From contig CM052816.1 in the NCBI GenBank assembly GCA_028534125.1, forward strand, positions 34,288,001-34,352,000: a DNA stretch of 64,000 nucleotides, written 5' to 3'. Shown piece after piece: positions 10,831 through 25,189 of this stretch; position 1 is the stretch's first letter; each line of letters begins with the position of its first letter. The stretch is from Lama glama. Taxonomy: Eukaryota. Under the pieces are notes generated by a model that saw only the letters and a list, made by a program, of their open reading frames with translations, was not told the DNA's origin and did no database searches. The position numbers and the translations under genes were made by a program.

Positions 10831-13296
10831 CCCTAATTAAAATTTTATAAAAGACCAAGTGTGGTTGACACTCCCCTTCTGGCCCTTTCACCTCCTCACT
10901 GTCTCCCATTCCCTCCTTTCAAGTTCTCAAGGTCTCTGTTATTTTTATTCCTTGGCTACCCCTGCTCCCCTTACAAAGGCATAAGCTACAGGCCAGGAGA
11001 GGTACTAGACTGAGCAGGAAATAGACCTGGCTGGCTTTTCTGAAGTCATGCTCAATTCTTTAATCTCATAACAGCTACTCTGTCTACTTATCTCAAAGTG
11101 TTACTCATACTGGGCATCTCCAGGATCACATGTGCTACATGGAAAGAAAAGAAATCACTGATGGAAAATAGGAGATATGAAAATTATTTTCAAGAAACAA
11201 GGAACAAAGCAGACTAGAGGGGCAATCGGTTATACATACAAAAAAAATCCCTGAACATAATTTCACGTGAGCATTAAAGCCATGCCTGCTGGCATTATAC
11301 CTAATTGCCTTATCCATTTGTGCAGGCCATCATTTCCAAAATTACTTTCTTGATTGAGTATATGTGTGCTGCCTTTGGCATTCTTTATCCCTACAAAGAT
11401 TTGAAAAGATTGAAAAAGAGGGATGTAATCTGAGATTGGCCTTTACATTTTAACAAAAAGGAGGAGGTCCTGGGCTTTGTAGCAATTCAAGTAAAAGTAA
11501 AAATTTATTTCTATCTACAAGCAGAAGCCTAAGACTCACTATGGGGATATATTGGTAGAAGTGAGGGTTGTGACTGAGATGGTTTGGCATTTGTCTACAC
11601 AGATCCACACCTAGTATTTGCAGGGTTTAGGGCAACACTACAGACAGAGACCCCCAGCTCACAGGACCCTCACTCTCTCATTCTCTCTTCCACTCATTAC
11701 CACAAGGTGAGGGACCGCAAAAGCATACCTGGGACACACACCCAAAAATTCAAGCCCCACCCACGTACCCCTGAAACAATTGTCCTTTGTCCTCAGATTT
11801 AGAGAAGTCTGGTAAAATGGCACACAAAATTTTATATAGTCCACCTAGAGTGTGGACTATAAGGGGAGAGTGGGTTTTAAGTGGACATATCCCCTTGGTC
11901 CCCAGTACACTCCTATCCATGTGGCGACTGAATCAATCAGAAAGAAGACTAGAGGGGTTTCTACTAAAGCACTGAGCCTAAGGCAAGAGTCAGATTGCCA
12001 AGGTCTGCAGTGGTCTTGGATCTATTATACATTCATTCATTCTGAGTATGGAAGAAAAGGAACTAAATGTTCCTACACCCACAGTATTTTCTTCCCTTCA
12101 TTTTGATGGTGATAACAATATATTGGCAAGTTACTCAATATGATAATCAGTATCCTAACTGGGGATTGGTCTTGAAGGTTTTGTTGGATTTTCTCACAGA
12201 TGAAAATAAGATGATTATCAGTCTACCTATAAATGACAGGCCAAGCTTATGACAAGAGAGAAGGACTCATTGCCCTTACCCCATGTACCAGAAAGACACT
12301 GAGAGGAGGAGCAGGGAGGAGGGGCTTTCTCAACACCATTAGTTTGTTACAGATGTCTATACTGGGAACATTACTGTTACATGGAAATCATGACCACATG
12401 TTTTTCTGGGCTCTTAGCACCCCATATGCATCATGGCACAGTCAGTGAAAACACTGATATTCACATTTAGAAAATATGCCGAGAAAGACTGAATCACATT
12501 CCTTTGATATAAGAGGCGTGTTCCATTACTCCCAGGAAATGTGTTAAATTGCTGGACTGGGAGTCTGACAATTTGCAGATAGCCTGGATGTGTCTGATGC
12601 TGCCTAGGCCACAAATTTCTCCTGCCTCTGTTAAGAGTTTTCTCCTACAAGTAGAATTGTGCCATGATATAGACTTAAATAAGCACAGTTCATTCACTTT
12701 ATATCGATGAGTCACAGACACACAGGAAACACATGGTCGTTAGACTGGACCAGTGAGTCAGACAATCTCTCTCTTGATAACCAATCTCTTACTTTATTTC
12801 TTAATAATAATCCATAATGCCTAGTCCTTTTTAAAAAATATATTACCAGCCATGATTACTCAATCCTTAAACCTAATTTTACACTTAATGGTGTTCTGGA
12901 GACAAAGCACTTTCCTCCGGCCAGCCCAGGCCTCCTTGCCTTTAATTCATCATGTATCATTTCATTTAAATATCAAACTTGGGGCTGGATATCCAAGTAC
13001 CATTCTGTTTCCACACTCAGAGCATGCAGTTATGGCTGGATTTGCACAGCAGTCACCCAATCGCTGCAGGGACTTGTGAAATGTAATCAGGGAGTAATGT
13101 GTGTCGGCACTGTGAGGTCCCCGGGGCCAGGTGCTACATAAATACAAGGTATTAGAATATTCTGACCTGTGGGGGTGGACAGTGCTTTGATACATTCCCA
13201 ATACATTGAACTGTGACAGGCCTCTGCACAAAAGCACAAGACAATCAGCAGCTGTCTTCCTCTTGCTGCAGAAACCTCAGTGGGAGACAATCTTAC

Positions 13297-13354
13297 CTGG
13301 ATTGCAATAGAAGCCATGATTATCTCCATCTCTTATTAATTTCCTTTTCCACAA
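13297..13354 (-). other. Candidate 58-nt exon of an unidentified transcript
   Basis: Minus strand gcgtatttttag|TTGTGG...ATCCAG|gtaaga; strong donor, moderate acceptor. Confidence 0.25.
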
Positions 13355-16300
13355 CTAAAAATACGCAGCTCCAACTGCCTCTCTTTATTAAACAGATCCT
13401 GATAAGATTCAAATGATTCGTAAATTCTCTTTCATGATTTTTCTGAATAAATGAACATTTAGGAAGAAGAAACAAACAACTGCAGCCAGATTCTTCTATA
13501 GCTGAGATCTTAGTTCAAAAGATGAGTCTTGACTGTGTTCACTTTAAATACTGGTACATTAGGAGATTGCCTTAAGAACAGAGTATCTATGTAATCTAGC
13601 AGAAGCATCTAAGTGATCCAGCTGAGTATCATATTCCTCACTTACATAATAGCTACATGATAGCGATCTAGGTGCAACTCCAGCCAATACTGAATCTGAA
13701 ATAACAGAAACACCATAACACTATCTCCTATAAATGAAATTTCAGATGATAGCGGTACACGACAGAGTTATTTTTATCTATTTATTCATCTTAAATAAAG
13801 CCTTGTGAATTTTTAAAGGGCAAAAACCCTGGCTTATTCATGTTTGCAGAAAGTGCACTAGACTTTTAATATATGTTGACTAACAGCAACAGAGCATGCT
13901 TTAGAGCCCATCAACGTCCTCATCAAACACTTTGGAAAGGAAAGAGAAAGTGAACGCTTTACCCAGTATCCCATAATTACCCAATGTAGAGTCAGCATTG
14001 GGATCAGAATTACAATCAACCTATCAAGACCGTAGGAAAGACAAGAACGGAATACATAGTAACATCCGTATTGCGCTCTTCCTGTACTGTTTCTGCCTCT
14101 CACACCAATGGGTGCACACACACACTTTAAAACACAGGTCAATTTTCCATCTGGAGACTAGAATGCAAGTAGAGTCTTACCTTAGACCAGAACTTTAGGA
14201 AAAATGAGTTAACACAGTCAGCTGACAGCAGAGTAACAAGCTATTCTAATTCAAAGGTCAATGTGAACATGTGAACCCAGAGAACTGTTACTCAACATCG
14301 GTAACAGGATAGTCCATCTTTCAAGAATAGGTAGAAATATGGGAATAGGAATATACAGAGAACCTCCAGGAAAGCATTCTGGGGGCATAACATGAGATTT
14401 TAAAATGGTAGGTAGGTGATTTTTCCCTTGGAACCCTTCAGTAAACCCTGTATAAATGTGCCCTTCCAAAAGTCCCCTTAATTTAAAATGTTAGCTCCCA
14501 TCAGATAGTGAAGTTTGAGTTGAAATTTAATTACCTACGCCTTTGTATAAATGAAATTTCATAATAAATGACTCCAGTTGCAGATGCAACATGACTGAAA
14601 GTCAAGCTGCATTGCGTAGAATGCTGTGCTGACTGAAAGTTCAATGTTCCTTCCTTAATCAGAAATCTGACTCACCAGATAACTGTGTTAGCTTTCAACA
14701 TGACCCTCCATTGATTAAATTTTGCCCAAACTCAGGGAATTAAATGGAAAGGAAGAATAGGATTGGTTTTATTTTGTTTTCAGCTGAAATGTCTTATTCG
14801 TCAGATTACTCTGAATAAAAATTTACCTGTTATAGTTTAGACTTTATCTGAAATACAGAATGCTTATTTGTAGTCAAAATGGATTTTAGTTCTTGGGTTG
14901 CCAGTGGCTTACATTCATTAGAATCAGTGATTGTTATTGGCTGTGGAGTCTATCACATGATTGCTAAATCAGGTAACACTGGTGGAACAGAACTGATTAT
15001 TTAATCATAGACAGTTTAAATCATTAAACAAGGGAGTTCTATTTACATGCACACCGGAGTCTAAGAAAGCTGCATTTACCAGCAGGGCCAGTGGGAGAAA
15101 AAGACACATATTTCTAACTATTAAAACAGAACAACAGAAATAACCCTCAATTTTAAAGTGAAGTAACCGGGCCGTTCAAAGATTAAGTGGCTTTTTTTCA
15201 GAATTATTTCACTAGTTAATAACCTACATAGGACTAGAATGTAGTCTTCTAGGTCTTAGACTAGGTCAAAGGGGTTTATCCTTGGAATGTACACTTAACA
15301 AACATTCTTTCAATGGACGACACACAATGCCTTTTAAGTAAGTCCTTGCTCTGCCAACAGGGATTTAAATTTTAGTCTCCTAAATAGTAGGCTGAAATTA
15401 TGACCTATACCAAGGAATACAGATAGACAGATTAGATAGAGAGATAAAAAGAGAGGTTCAGTGTGGGGGAGAGAGAGAATGAATGAGTGATTCCTCAACC
15501 TCTAAAGTGAGAAATTATATTATTTTTACCATGTAGGAAAAATTTTTGCTATCTGTTTGAATATTTCTAGATGTTCCGAAGCAAATACTCTGGTGCTTTG
15601 CGTTGGAATGACATATGAGTAATATTTAGCCACATGTCTATGTAAAATGTTTCCAATTACCCAATCCTGTTTTCCTGTTGACAGTGAGTTTAAGGGGAAA
15701 ACTTCTTTGTGGATCTGCTTGCTTCCTTATGGAAATTTCAGAGGCCTTTCTTCCCTTTTAGAAAAGGAAGTCATGTATCAAGGAAGGAGAATAGTAGGTC
15801 TGGTAACAGAGCCAGGCTCCTCACGCATTCAGATCACTTGTGATGAAAGAGTAAGAATAGAGACCATCCAGGCTCGGGGCTTTCCAGGCCTTCTGTGCAC
15901 TTTCCTTCCTTCTTCCCATCCTTCCTTCTTCCTCACCATCTCTTTTTTCAAGCAACAGATCACATTTTAAAAGCACATGGAAACTGTAGCTACTAATCCT
16001 GAAACCCACTACCCATTGAATCAGGGGCATTCCATATCATTAGAGGACGCCAGATACTGCTGGGTTACACAGAAGTCAATTCCTATATTTAGAGTTTTGA
16101 CACTCACGGCAGTTAATAGCTCAAAAGACAGTTTTTCTATTTCAGGAACGAGGATTTTGAAAGAAGAAAGCATCTACTGAAATGGCAGTTTTGATAAAAA
16201 TAAGAGCATTAATTTTATACCTCATACAATAAGGTTAGAAAAAATGCCAGATTATGTAGAAGCCATTTTCCACTCTTAAAGAGAAAAATTTCAACCAGCT

Positions 16301-16740
16301 GGGAGGAAGAAAGGACAGTCAAATGGATAACAAGAGAATGAGTTGCTGGTCATGGTTGGTGGGGACAGTTGCAAAGGAAATCCAGATAGGACTGAGGGGT
16401 CTGGGAGCCAGAGAAAGGCATATCCCCTATTCAAACCCCCATTAGGGGTGGCAGAGAGCCTTGCAGAGAAGGCTTCCTCTTCAGTGTGGGACTACAACTG
16501 TGAACAGAAATGCTGGCAGGTCAGGTGTAGGTAAAGAAGGTCTGAGGAAGCCCTACCCTCAGGTTGCACAGCCCAGAGGGGTTAGGGAGCAAATGCGAAA
16601 ATTTCAGGTGACCCTCAAACGGGAACACAAGTGGACAAGGAAGGGAACCAGACTATGATTACATCTGGGGCACCCAGGAGCTGGTGGTTATGGCGCATCA
16701 GGGACAAGAGCAGCAAAGATAAAAACTGATCACTAGGGTT

Positions 16741-17390
16741 GGAAATGTATGTCCACACACAAACCTGCAAGCAGATGGATGTAGTCTTATTCATAATTAC
16801 CAAAACTTAGAAGCAACCAAGGTACCCTTCAGTAAGTGAACAGATAAATAAACTGTGGCACTTCCAATCAATGGAATAGTATCCAGTACTAAAAAGAAAT
16901 GAGCTATCAAGTCATGAAAAGACATGGAGAAAACTTAAATGCATATTACTAAGTGAAAGAAGCCAACCTCAAAAAGTTGCATACCATATGACTCTGACTA
17001 TACTACATTCTAGAAAAGGCAAAACTATGGAGACAGTGAAAAGATCAGTTGTTGCCAAGGATGAGGGGAGGGGCAGGGAGGAATGACTAGGAGGAGCACA
17101 GAAAATTTTTAGGGCAGTGAAAATACTCAATATGATACTATAATTATTACATGTCATTATGCATTTGTCCAAACCCCAAAATACACACCACCAAGAGTCA
17201 GCCCTAAGGTGAACTACAGACTTTGGGTAATTATGCTGTGTTGATGTAGGTTCATAAATTGTAACAAATATCCTACTCTGGTGGAGGATGTTGATAACAG
17301 GAGAGACTATGCATGTGCAGGGGCAGGAGGCATGTGGGAAATATCTGTACTTTCCCCTCAATTTTGCTGTGAACTGCACTAAACAAATCT
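16741..17390 (+). mobile_element. L1MC1/2-like 3' end
   Basis: tatgtccacacacaaacctgca...gaagcaaccaag...; 3' UTR block gtgaactacagactttgggtaattatg...gtaggttcat...ggaaatatctgtactttcc. Confidence 0.8.
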
Positions 17391-17400
17391 TAAAATACTG

Positions 17401-17782
17401 TCATTTGCAGCATAGTGGATGGACCTAGGTAATATTACGCTTAGTGAAAGAAGTCAAACACTGTATGATGTTACTTATATGTGGAATCTAAAAAATAATA
17501 CAAACGAATGCATATGTAAAACAGAAACAGACTCAGATACGGAAAATAAATTTGTGGTTACCAAAGAGGAGGGGGGAAGGGGAGGTATAAGTTAGGGGTA
17601 CAGGAATTAACAAGCTATTACATATAAAATAGATAAGCAACAAGGATATACTGTATAGCACAGGGAATTTTACTCATTATCTTGTAATAACCTATAATGG
17701 AAGAAAGTCTGCAAAAATACTGAATCTATGCCATACACCTCAAACTAACACAATATTGTCAATCAACTATACTTCAAAAAAA
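17401..17782 (+). mobile_element. Artiodactyl-type L1 3' end with poly(A)
   Basis: tcatttgcagca...tggatggacctag...ctgtatagcacagggaa...aactaacacaatattgtcaatcaactatacttca(A)n. Confidence 0.88.
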
Positions 17783-18150
17783 AAAAAACTGATGGCTGAA
17801 GACTAGCAAAAACGAGTGTATGGCTGCAGACAAGAGTGTAGGATTAAATGTCAGTAAACCATACATCCACTTCCTCCCACTGGCAGATGGTTTTCAAGCC
17901 CCAGAGGTAGATTCAGAGCTGAAGAGAAGAAAGGAAAGCAGACCTTGAGGTTCCTTAGTGCAAACTGAATTGACCGAGAACCAGAGTGGAGGCATTAAAA
18001 TATAATTTAAGCGCAATTAAAGAAAACAGAGGAAACAGAAGTTTGCACGTTTATTGTCTGCTACACCCAGCAAATAAAAGTAGTGATACTTTGGTGCTCG
18101 TTGGTTAGAAGCCCGCCTCACTAGCTCAGGCTCATAGAAATCTTCCAAGG

Positions 18151-18335
18151 CAAGTTTCCTAAACCTGGGTGCTGCTGGGATTTGGGGCCACATAATTCAC
18201 TGTCACAGGAGCCAGCTCGGACACTAGAGGATGTTGAGCAGCGTTTGTGGCCTCTGCCCACCTGATGCCTGTAACACACACATTCCCCAGACGGGACCAA
18301 AATGCCCTCTGGGAATGAGGGGCTGAGAACCACTG
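18151..18335 (-). mobile_element. MER20 (hAT-Charlie MITE)
   Basis: Ends gctgagaaccactg; interior ggatgttgagcagc...tggcctctgcccacctgatgcc matches the recalled MER20 reverse complement. Confidence 0.75.
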
Positions 18336-18404
18336 TGGCAGTCTCCTCCTGCAACCCTGAGAAAGAAACCCCAGACCTCCACAGAGCAGCTTATGAACAA
18401 CAGA

Positions 18405-18545
18405 TGTAGCCCATTGCTCATTCACAAATGCAGAGTTGAAGCCAAGGTAAGTAAATTGACTTTTATGCTGCCTCAATGTAAATTAAGGAGAGAGCCAGGA
18501 TTATGACCCAGATTTCCTGACACTGAATTCTGTGCTTTTCTTTCC
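18405..18545 (-). mobile_element. MIR/MIR3 SINE fragment
   Basis: gagagagccaggattatgacccagatttcctgac...tgtgctttt is the antisense MIR head. Confidence 0.55.
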
Positions 18546-19489
18546 TAGAATTTGAAACATCTCAAAAAGCTGGTAGAAACCTGACACATAACAGCAACTT
18601 CTAATTACGTATTGAATGAATGAAGGGTTTAGCCATTTGGACCATGCCATGTCCCTGGACATTTCAGGACCAATGGAGAACCATTACCCCAGACTTTCAG
18701 AAAGTGGCAAAGACACTTCTAGAGGTCACACTATACCTTTCAGTATTAATTCTAACACTCATCTGTACATCTATGAATCCAAAGTCACTGCAGAAAAATA
18801 TCACTGGCCAATTTCGGATTCAATGCTAACAGTCATGCTACATTCAAGGCTTTGAAGATGGTGAACGTGGAATGAACATTTTATATTTCCCAGGGCTCAG
18901 GGATGATGAAGCTGTTGAAGCAGCCATGTGTCCCCCTGAGTTAGGTCCAGCCTCCACTATGCAATACAAAGCTCCCTTCGTACTCATGAGCTTAACAGCA
19001 CACCTTGAATTTTACTCAAATGTGCTCATGTACTGTCAGTACCAGTGTGCTGTCATGTTTTCCCTATAAAATTATAGGTGGCTCTAAAACTGATAATGTA
19101 TTTTTCTCTGCTTCTTTTATGTTTTCTATTATGTCTACCTAGCACAGTACTGGGCACCAAAGAGCAGACACTCAGATTCAAAAACTGCTAACCATAACTC
19201 TATAGTGACGTCTTTAATTTATTCAGAAACTGGGTGCCCTAAGGGCTGTAATCTGTCTGCCGCAGACAGGCCAAGAGCTCTGATTCTATTTCCTATCCTT
19301 ATTTATTAATGTGTAGCTGGATGGCACATTATCTGACATCAGAAGCCAGTGGCAACTTTCCAATCTGTGTTTCTAATAGAGATAAATGTTGAACAGAGGT
19401 TGCAAACTGGCTGACAGCCCACCAAAGGCAGCCCTAGGGTAAGTTCTGCTTGGCCATTTATTAAAGGCTACAAAGCTAGGCAGTGGTTG

Positions 19490-19700
19490 TGCTCAGTCAA
19501 TACATGCGACTTGGTACCAAACCCACCTCACCAGTTACGTGACTTCGCTGTGCCTCTGATTCCTTACGTGAAAAATGGAAATAACAGAAGTTCCTATTAA
19601 TGAAGTTGCTGTAAAGATTAAATTAATTAATAAATAGAGACATCTTAGACACACCTAGCACAAATTAACCTCTCCATAAGTATTAGCCATCATCTTCTTT
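19490..19700 (+). mobile_element. MIR SINE
   Basis: Core gtgacttcgctgtgcctctgattccttacgtgaaaaatggaaataacag...gttgctgtaaagattaa. Confidence 0.7.
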
Positions 19701-22589
19701 ATCATCACCACTACAAAGACCATTAGAAGAGGTCTAACCATGAAACACTTGCCTAGCTGCCTTTTCAAGGACTAGAGTCCTTGAAACCATTTAGCAACCA
19801 AATAACCAAACACACAGACTTAAAGTATAAATTATTTAAAAAGGTAAACTTTTATATATTAAGATAATCATAGAGCTATTCATAATTGAAATAGTAAAAA
19901 ATATCTTTTAGTATTAAATGACAGTATTAAGTGATATGAAAAGCCTTTATTCTTCCTAAGACTCTTTGTTAACTCCAAGTCAAGTCTTCAAGGTCTTAGT
20001 AAACATGTTTCTATTACAAAAATACCTAAACCTAACCCCAGACTTCAGCCCCTCCTGGTGCCCCAGAGCTCCTCTGGAAGACAGAAAACAGCACGGTTTT
20101 CTTATCTATTTTTAGAAGGAGGTCATGTATACCCAGAGACAAGACTGTAGCCATCAAAAAGTTATTAAAATATGTGTATTTCCAGCCTTTCTTTTCTCCT
20201 GCTAAAGAAAGTTCTGGCTTTGCCCATGTGGCTTCTCCCATTCTCTGCCCTCTAAGCAGATGAGCAAGGATGGTTCTTGCAGAATCCTAGCAAGGCTAAC
20301 AGGCAGAACTAGGAAAAAACCAAACGAAAGAGGATTTGCAACAAAAATATATATTCCCAATTTTTTTTTAAAGGATTGAATGGCAACCGAACAGAAAGGG
20401 GCAGCAATATAGAAGAAAAGAAAACCTGGTGGCTCACACATGCTGGCTTTGTTGGGCTAAATTCAGCTGGAAGATGAGATTTAACGACATAGAGGTGTGG
20501 GGTAACAGCAGCCATTCGTGCAGAGGCTACCAGAATGACCCACATCGGGAAAGATTACTAAAGTGTTTATGTTCATATTCACATAACTCTCCCTCTCCTT
20601 CCACTTCCCATCTGATGTTTTCTTAGAAGAGGAACTAAATTCGGAAATTTTTTTCAAATGCGGTCTTCTTTCGGACCATATCTTTAAATCAACACCAAGG
20701 CCATATAAGACCTTTCACGACAGGTTACACAAAACATCACACAGTGATGAGGGAGGAGTCACACCTGAACTGTACAAATACCCAGGAGTACACATTTAAT
20801 CAGATTTCAGAGGAGGTGGCATTGTGACTGATTTTTAAATTGCAGAGGATGATTCTTTTGGAAAAGGCTGCTCGGTTGCTGCACTGACGCTGCTGACAAA
20901 GCACAGCAGGAACCCTTGGAACCACTACAGAAGGACTGACATGGCTTCAACCAAAACCCTGGAGGGAAGCAGCAGAGAATTCCCTGTGCCTGCGGTTCCA
21001 CTTGTGCTTTCATAGGAGGCAGTAGCAGCAGCAACTTTATTAGCAGATACAGCCAGGGCAGCAACGTGGGCTAGAGCCCAGCTGCTCTCTCCCTTCTCTG
21101 AAGTGCAATACAAATTAATTTGCCAAAACATCCAAGAGTCATCTTTGTACTAAATGATGCATGATTAAAAAAAAACACACACTGGCTATGTTAGCCCTGG
21201 CCACATTCATCACCACAATTTGCTAAACATTTATGAGCCCACCACTATTTTTGGGTGGCGACAGCTCAGTAAAAGCCAAGAGGACCCTGGAAACGCACCA
21301 TGCTGCCGATTCTGGAAGGCAGAGCTTCAGATTTATTTGTTGCCATTTTCAAGCAAAATATTTCAAAGCAATCTAAAGGCTTGAGAGAGCAGGCTTCCCT
21401 AATAACCCTGTATCAATCCTAAGCCCCACAGTATGCCACGGCCTCAAGTGATTTTTTTTAAATAATACTGAAAAGCAGTAGCAAAATATCAGCCAATATG
21501 AAAAATTCTGAACAGTAGGAAAAAGAGAGAGAAAGAGAGGCTATGTAAGAGATTAGTCACGTTTACAAAACATTGATGATTTCTGGTTACTGTGCTTTAC
21601 TCCTGCGAATGGGAGAAATTCATGCACAACCTACATAGTAAGGCGTCTTTAGAGTAAATGAACGCAGTTGAATTGTGCGGTTTCACTCGACTTTGAGACT
21701 CCTTTCATCTTACATAACAACCAAGCAAAGCATTGCTGCTCACACCCCTTAGGTTGACTAAGTTGTAATATGAGGCTTGTCCAGGCCCTGTGTGTCCCCG
21801 AGAAATTCTCGAGAGAGGGATTCCCCACATTTCTGCCAGTCCCCAAAAGGCTGAAGTCTGGGTAAGGATAGACATTGCCCAAGCAGCTCCTCCTGACAGA
21901 AGCATCTCAGGCTCCTATTTGGGGGAAGACTGAGGTGCCCTGGTTTTCTTTCCCACACCCTTGCCTGCTTGCTGAAAGGAGAGGCCGTAGCTGGCTTTTA
22001 GTCAGGAGGCCATGGAAGTCTCCACTATAATTAAAAAGCACAATATCAAAGTGAGCTCTGCCTCTAGCAAGGCAGAGGCTACGTTAGTCAAAGGTCTTTG
22101 TTCCTTCCCGTACAGATCATCAAATTCCATTTTAAAAAAATGCAAATAAGAAAAACCCCTACAAGGCAGAACAAGAACTCTGTTGAAGAAAAGTCAATAA
22201 AACAATTTGCTCTTCAAGGGAGCAGCAGAAGTAATTTCCACTTTGATCTTCCATATCTGCATCCTGGTTTGTACCTGATTTATTCAGGTTCTTAGGAAGA
22301 ATCTCCACATTCAACCTTCTGATTAAAGCTTGTTTTGTTGGTTGAGGGCAAAAGCTTTTAATTATCTCCATGAAGAATGCTCTTATTGTATTCAAAAAAA
22401 AAAAAAGCCCCAGTACCGGAAGAGTGTAAGGGTGTATTAATTCACAGGATAACATGGAACTCCTTATAAATCACTTGAACCTGTGAGTCAGGGAGTACAT
22501 TAGAAGTCAAAATGAAAACTGCACAGAAGCCAAAACACAGAGCTTTATGCAAAGCTATTCGGAGTTCTGAGCATTTTCCTTGCCAATTA

Positions 22590-22765
22590 AACAGCCCTAT
22601 ATTTACAGGATTTTATAATCAATTCAACTTGCAACTTATAAAAGAGGAAACTGAGGCCCACATACATTAATTTACCCAAGATTATCCAATTTACCCAAAC
22701 TCACCTCCTCAGTGGTGGAGCCAGCACTGCCTCCTAACTCCCAGCCATTCACTCATCCACCATGA
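22590..22765 (-). mobile_element. MIR SINE
   Basis: Antisense core gaggaaactgaggccca...tttacccaag...agtggtggagccag. Confidence 0.6.
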
Positions 22766-24140
22766 GACGGCAGTAGAGAGCTCTCTTTAAAGGCACTGCA
22801 CGTTGAGGCCCCCAGCAAAATGCCAAAACATCAGGATGATGTGATCTAATGATTTAAAAATGAAATCAATCAACTGTATGTTAAGTGGCATAATGCCAAA
22901 TAACCACCTGACTAAATGTTTAAATGTTTAAAGCTTGGCTGTCGCCTAAGTCTTTATACACTGCCATGGTAGCTACAAATGAATTGCAGTTTCCTTGTAT
23001 TAAATGGGGCTCCTCTTATCTTTGGGGGATTCTTTCTTCCCAATAGTTCAAGACAGATGGTATCTCCAAAAAGTGAAAAAGCACTGCCTTTTTCATGACT
23101 GATAGTAAGATTAAGTTAATTACCAACATCTTACTGGTTGAAACTAGGAAAGCACAATGACGTGTTTTAGGATTTCTTGAAGGAGGAAACTGCCGACTTG
23201 CAGTATCATATTTTACATCAGTGACCACCTCTAGGTGACTCTGTTATTCTAAATACATATGCACAATAAAAAGCATGGCTGTAGAAGAGATATGTCACGT
23301 AGAGCAGGCTGGTTGTCAGAGAGCTGAGAGAAACTCTCAGAAGCTTGCTGAGGGTGGGAGGATCACAGAGGTTTCAGAATGGACCCTAACCAGGAAAGAA
23401 ACAGCATCTTGGGAAAGTGAGAAAGATTATGGTGATCACAAGCAAAAAGAAGCAAGCCATCCACCACTTAGGGCCCCCATGGTGTAGTGCTGTGACCTAC
23501 CCACCATCAGCAGAGTTTATCCACCCCAGAGATTTGGGGAAACAAGCCCAAGTATCAGGGAAGTATGCCTTTGGCTGGGGGGGAAATTGAATAGAGAGGG
23601 CCCTCTCTTATTCAGCCATTGCTCACTAGATGTATGTAGTAGAAGTTCTAGAATTTGGCAGAGCATAGGAAGGAAGCTTTGCCAAATTAATTAATACTGC
23701 TTTATGTCCATTAAACTTAAGTCTGTGTTAAAAGTGCTTTTCAGATATTCCCACTGGGGGAGGGGGGCAGAGATGAGAGGAAAGTGCTGAGATGTGGATA
23801 TTCATGCAGTTAATTATCTGGGGGAATCTGCAGAGGAATCCACTGACCCTGATATGACACTCATCCTTCTCGATGTGGCCGGTGTTCCGTCTTTAGATAA
23901 TTCAGCCATCTATCAAGTCAGCCAACGTTTACTGAGAACCTACTTTGGCCTGAGACTTCCAAGATGCTCAGTGTAAAATGCTGAAACATTATCAAGTATG
24001 AATTCAATATGAATTTTTTTACTTTAACTATTTCAATCAAATGAAATTTGACTGCAGCTTCCCCCAAGCTTCCTGGAGGTAGGGAGTCTGAGTTTTATGT
24101 GTAGTAAAATATGCCATGAAATTAGAAGACAAAAGAAACA

Positions 24141-25058
24141 CAGCTGACTCGAACAACAATGAGGCTTAGGAATGCCAATACCCAGTGTAGCTGAAAATCT
24201 GCCTCTAATTTTTGACTCCCCAAAACTTAACTACTAATAGCCTGCTCTTGACCAGAAGCCTTACTGATAACATAAGTAGTCAATTAACACGTATGTTTTA
24301 TGTTATATGCATTATATACTGTATTCTTACAGTGAAGTAAGCTAGAGAAAAAAATGTTATTAAGAAAATCATAAGAGAAAATATATATATAGTACTGTAC
24401 TTTGTTTATCGATAATGTAAGTTTATGTTATCTGTTTATAAAATGAATTGTCTATCTGTCAGTACCTACATCAACATTGTCTTATATGACACAAAACACT
24501 ATAGGTGTTAAAAGAATTACTTACACTAGATGTGAAAAATGAAAAGATAACGTTAAACAGGAATTCCTGTCTATTTACAGGTAAAATGATCCATGCACTG
24601 ACAACAAAGAAACAGCAACTTGACTGTTTATAGTAGCCTATTGTAAGTGACGTGATTGCTTCATGGTAGCTTATCCTATACACTAAGGAGTGAATCATTA
24701 TAAAATTTTTATGGCATACAGCATTACAGTCATATTCATAATACAGTACTGAAAACAATATTACTTTTTTTTTTTTTTACAAAATCACTTACCTGAGACA
24801 GGCTAATTCGCAGTTTCTCCAATTACAAAAGAGAGAAGCACACTCTAACCTAGTATAATTCTTTGAAAGCAAAGTTATAAAACAGTAAGAAAACTAACAC
24901 ATCATTAACTTTATATTAAATATCACTCACCATATGCTCGTGTAAGGTTAGGCTCAATACAAGTCTCACACGCGAGGTTCTTCTACATGTGTATTTTTGT
25001 ATTTATTGAAAAATCCATGTAAGTGCAGTTCAAATCCATGTTGTTCAAGGGTCAACTG
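24141..25058 (+). mobile_element. Tigger2-family non-autonomous DNA transposon (~920 bp)
   Basis: TIRs cagctgactcgaacaaca (24141) and tgttgttcaagggtcaactg (to 25058) followed by TA. Interior tttgactccccaaaacttaactactaatagcct is characteristic of Tigger2. Confidence 0.88.
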
Positions 25059-25189
25059 TACTATGGAAATATATATGCAGGGTATGAAAGATAAATATTA
25101 CTGTTAATTTGAGTGAGCACTCATAAATCAGTAAGAAAAATAAACCCCAGTACAGTCTGGGTTGAATACTTTTCACCTTTGGACTTCTT

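Noticed and set aside
13729..14561. Exact 16-mer tataaatgaaatttca at 13729-13744 and 14546-14561
   Set aside because: AT-rich, and the intervening sequence is not a single element with poly(A), so probably chance rather than a TSD
18430..18455. Strong + strand donor AAG|gtaagt
   Set aside because: Inside a MIR fragment, with no convincing acceptor or ORF
20744..20770. Box C (gtgatga) / box D (ctga) pair
   Set aside because: About 25 nt in total, far too short for a C/D snoRNA
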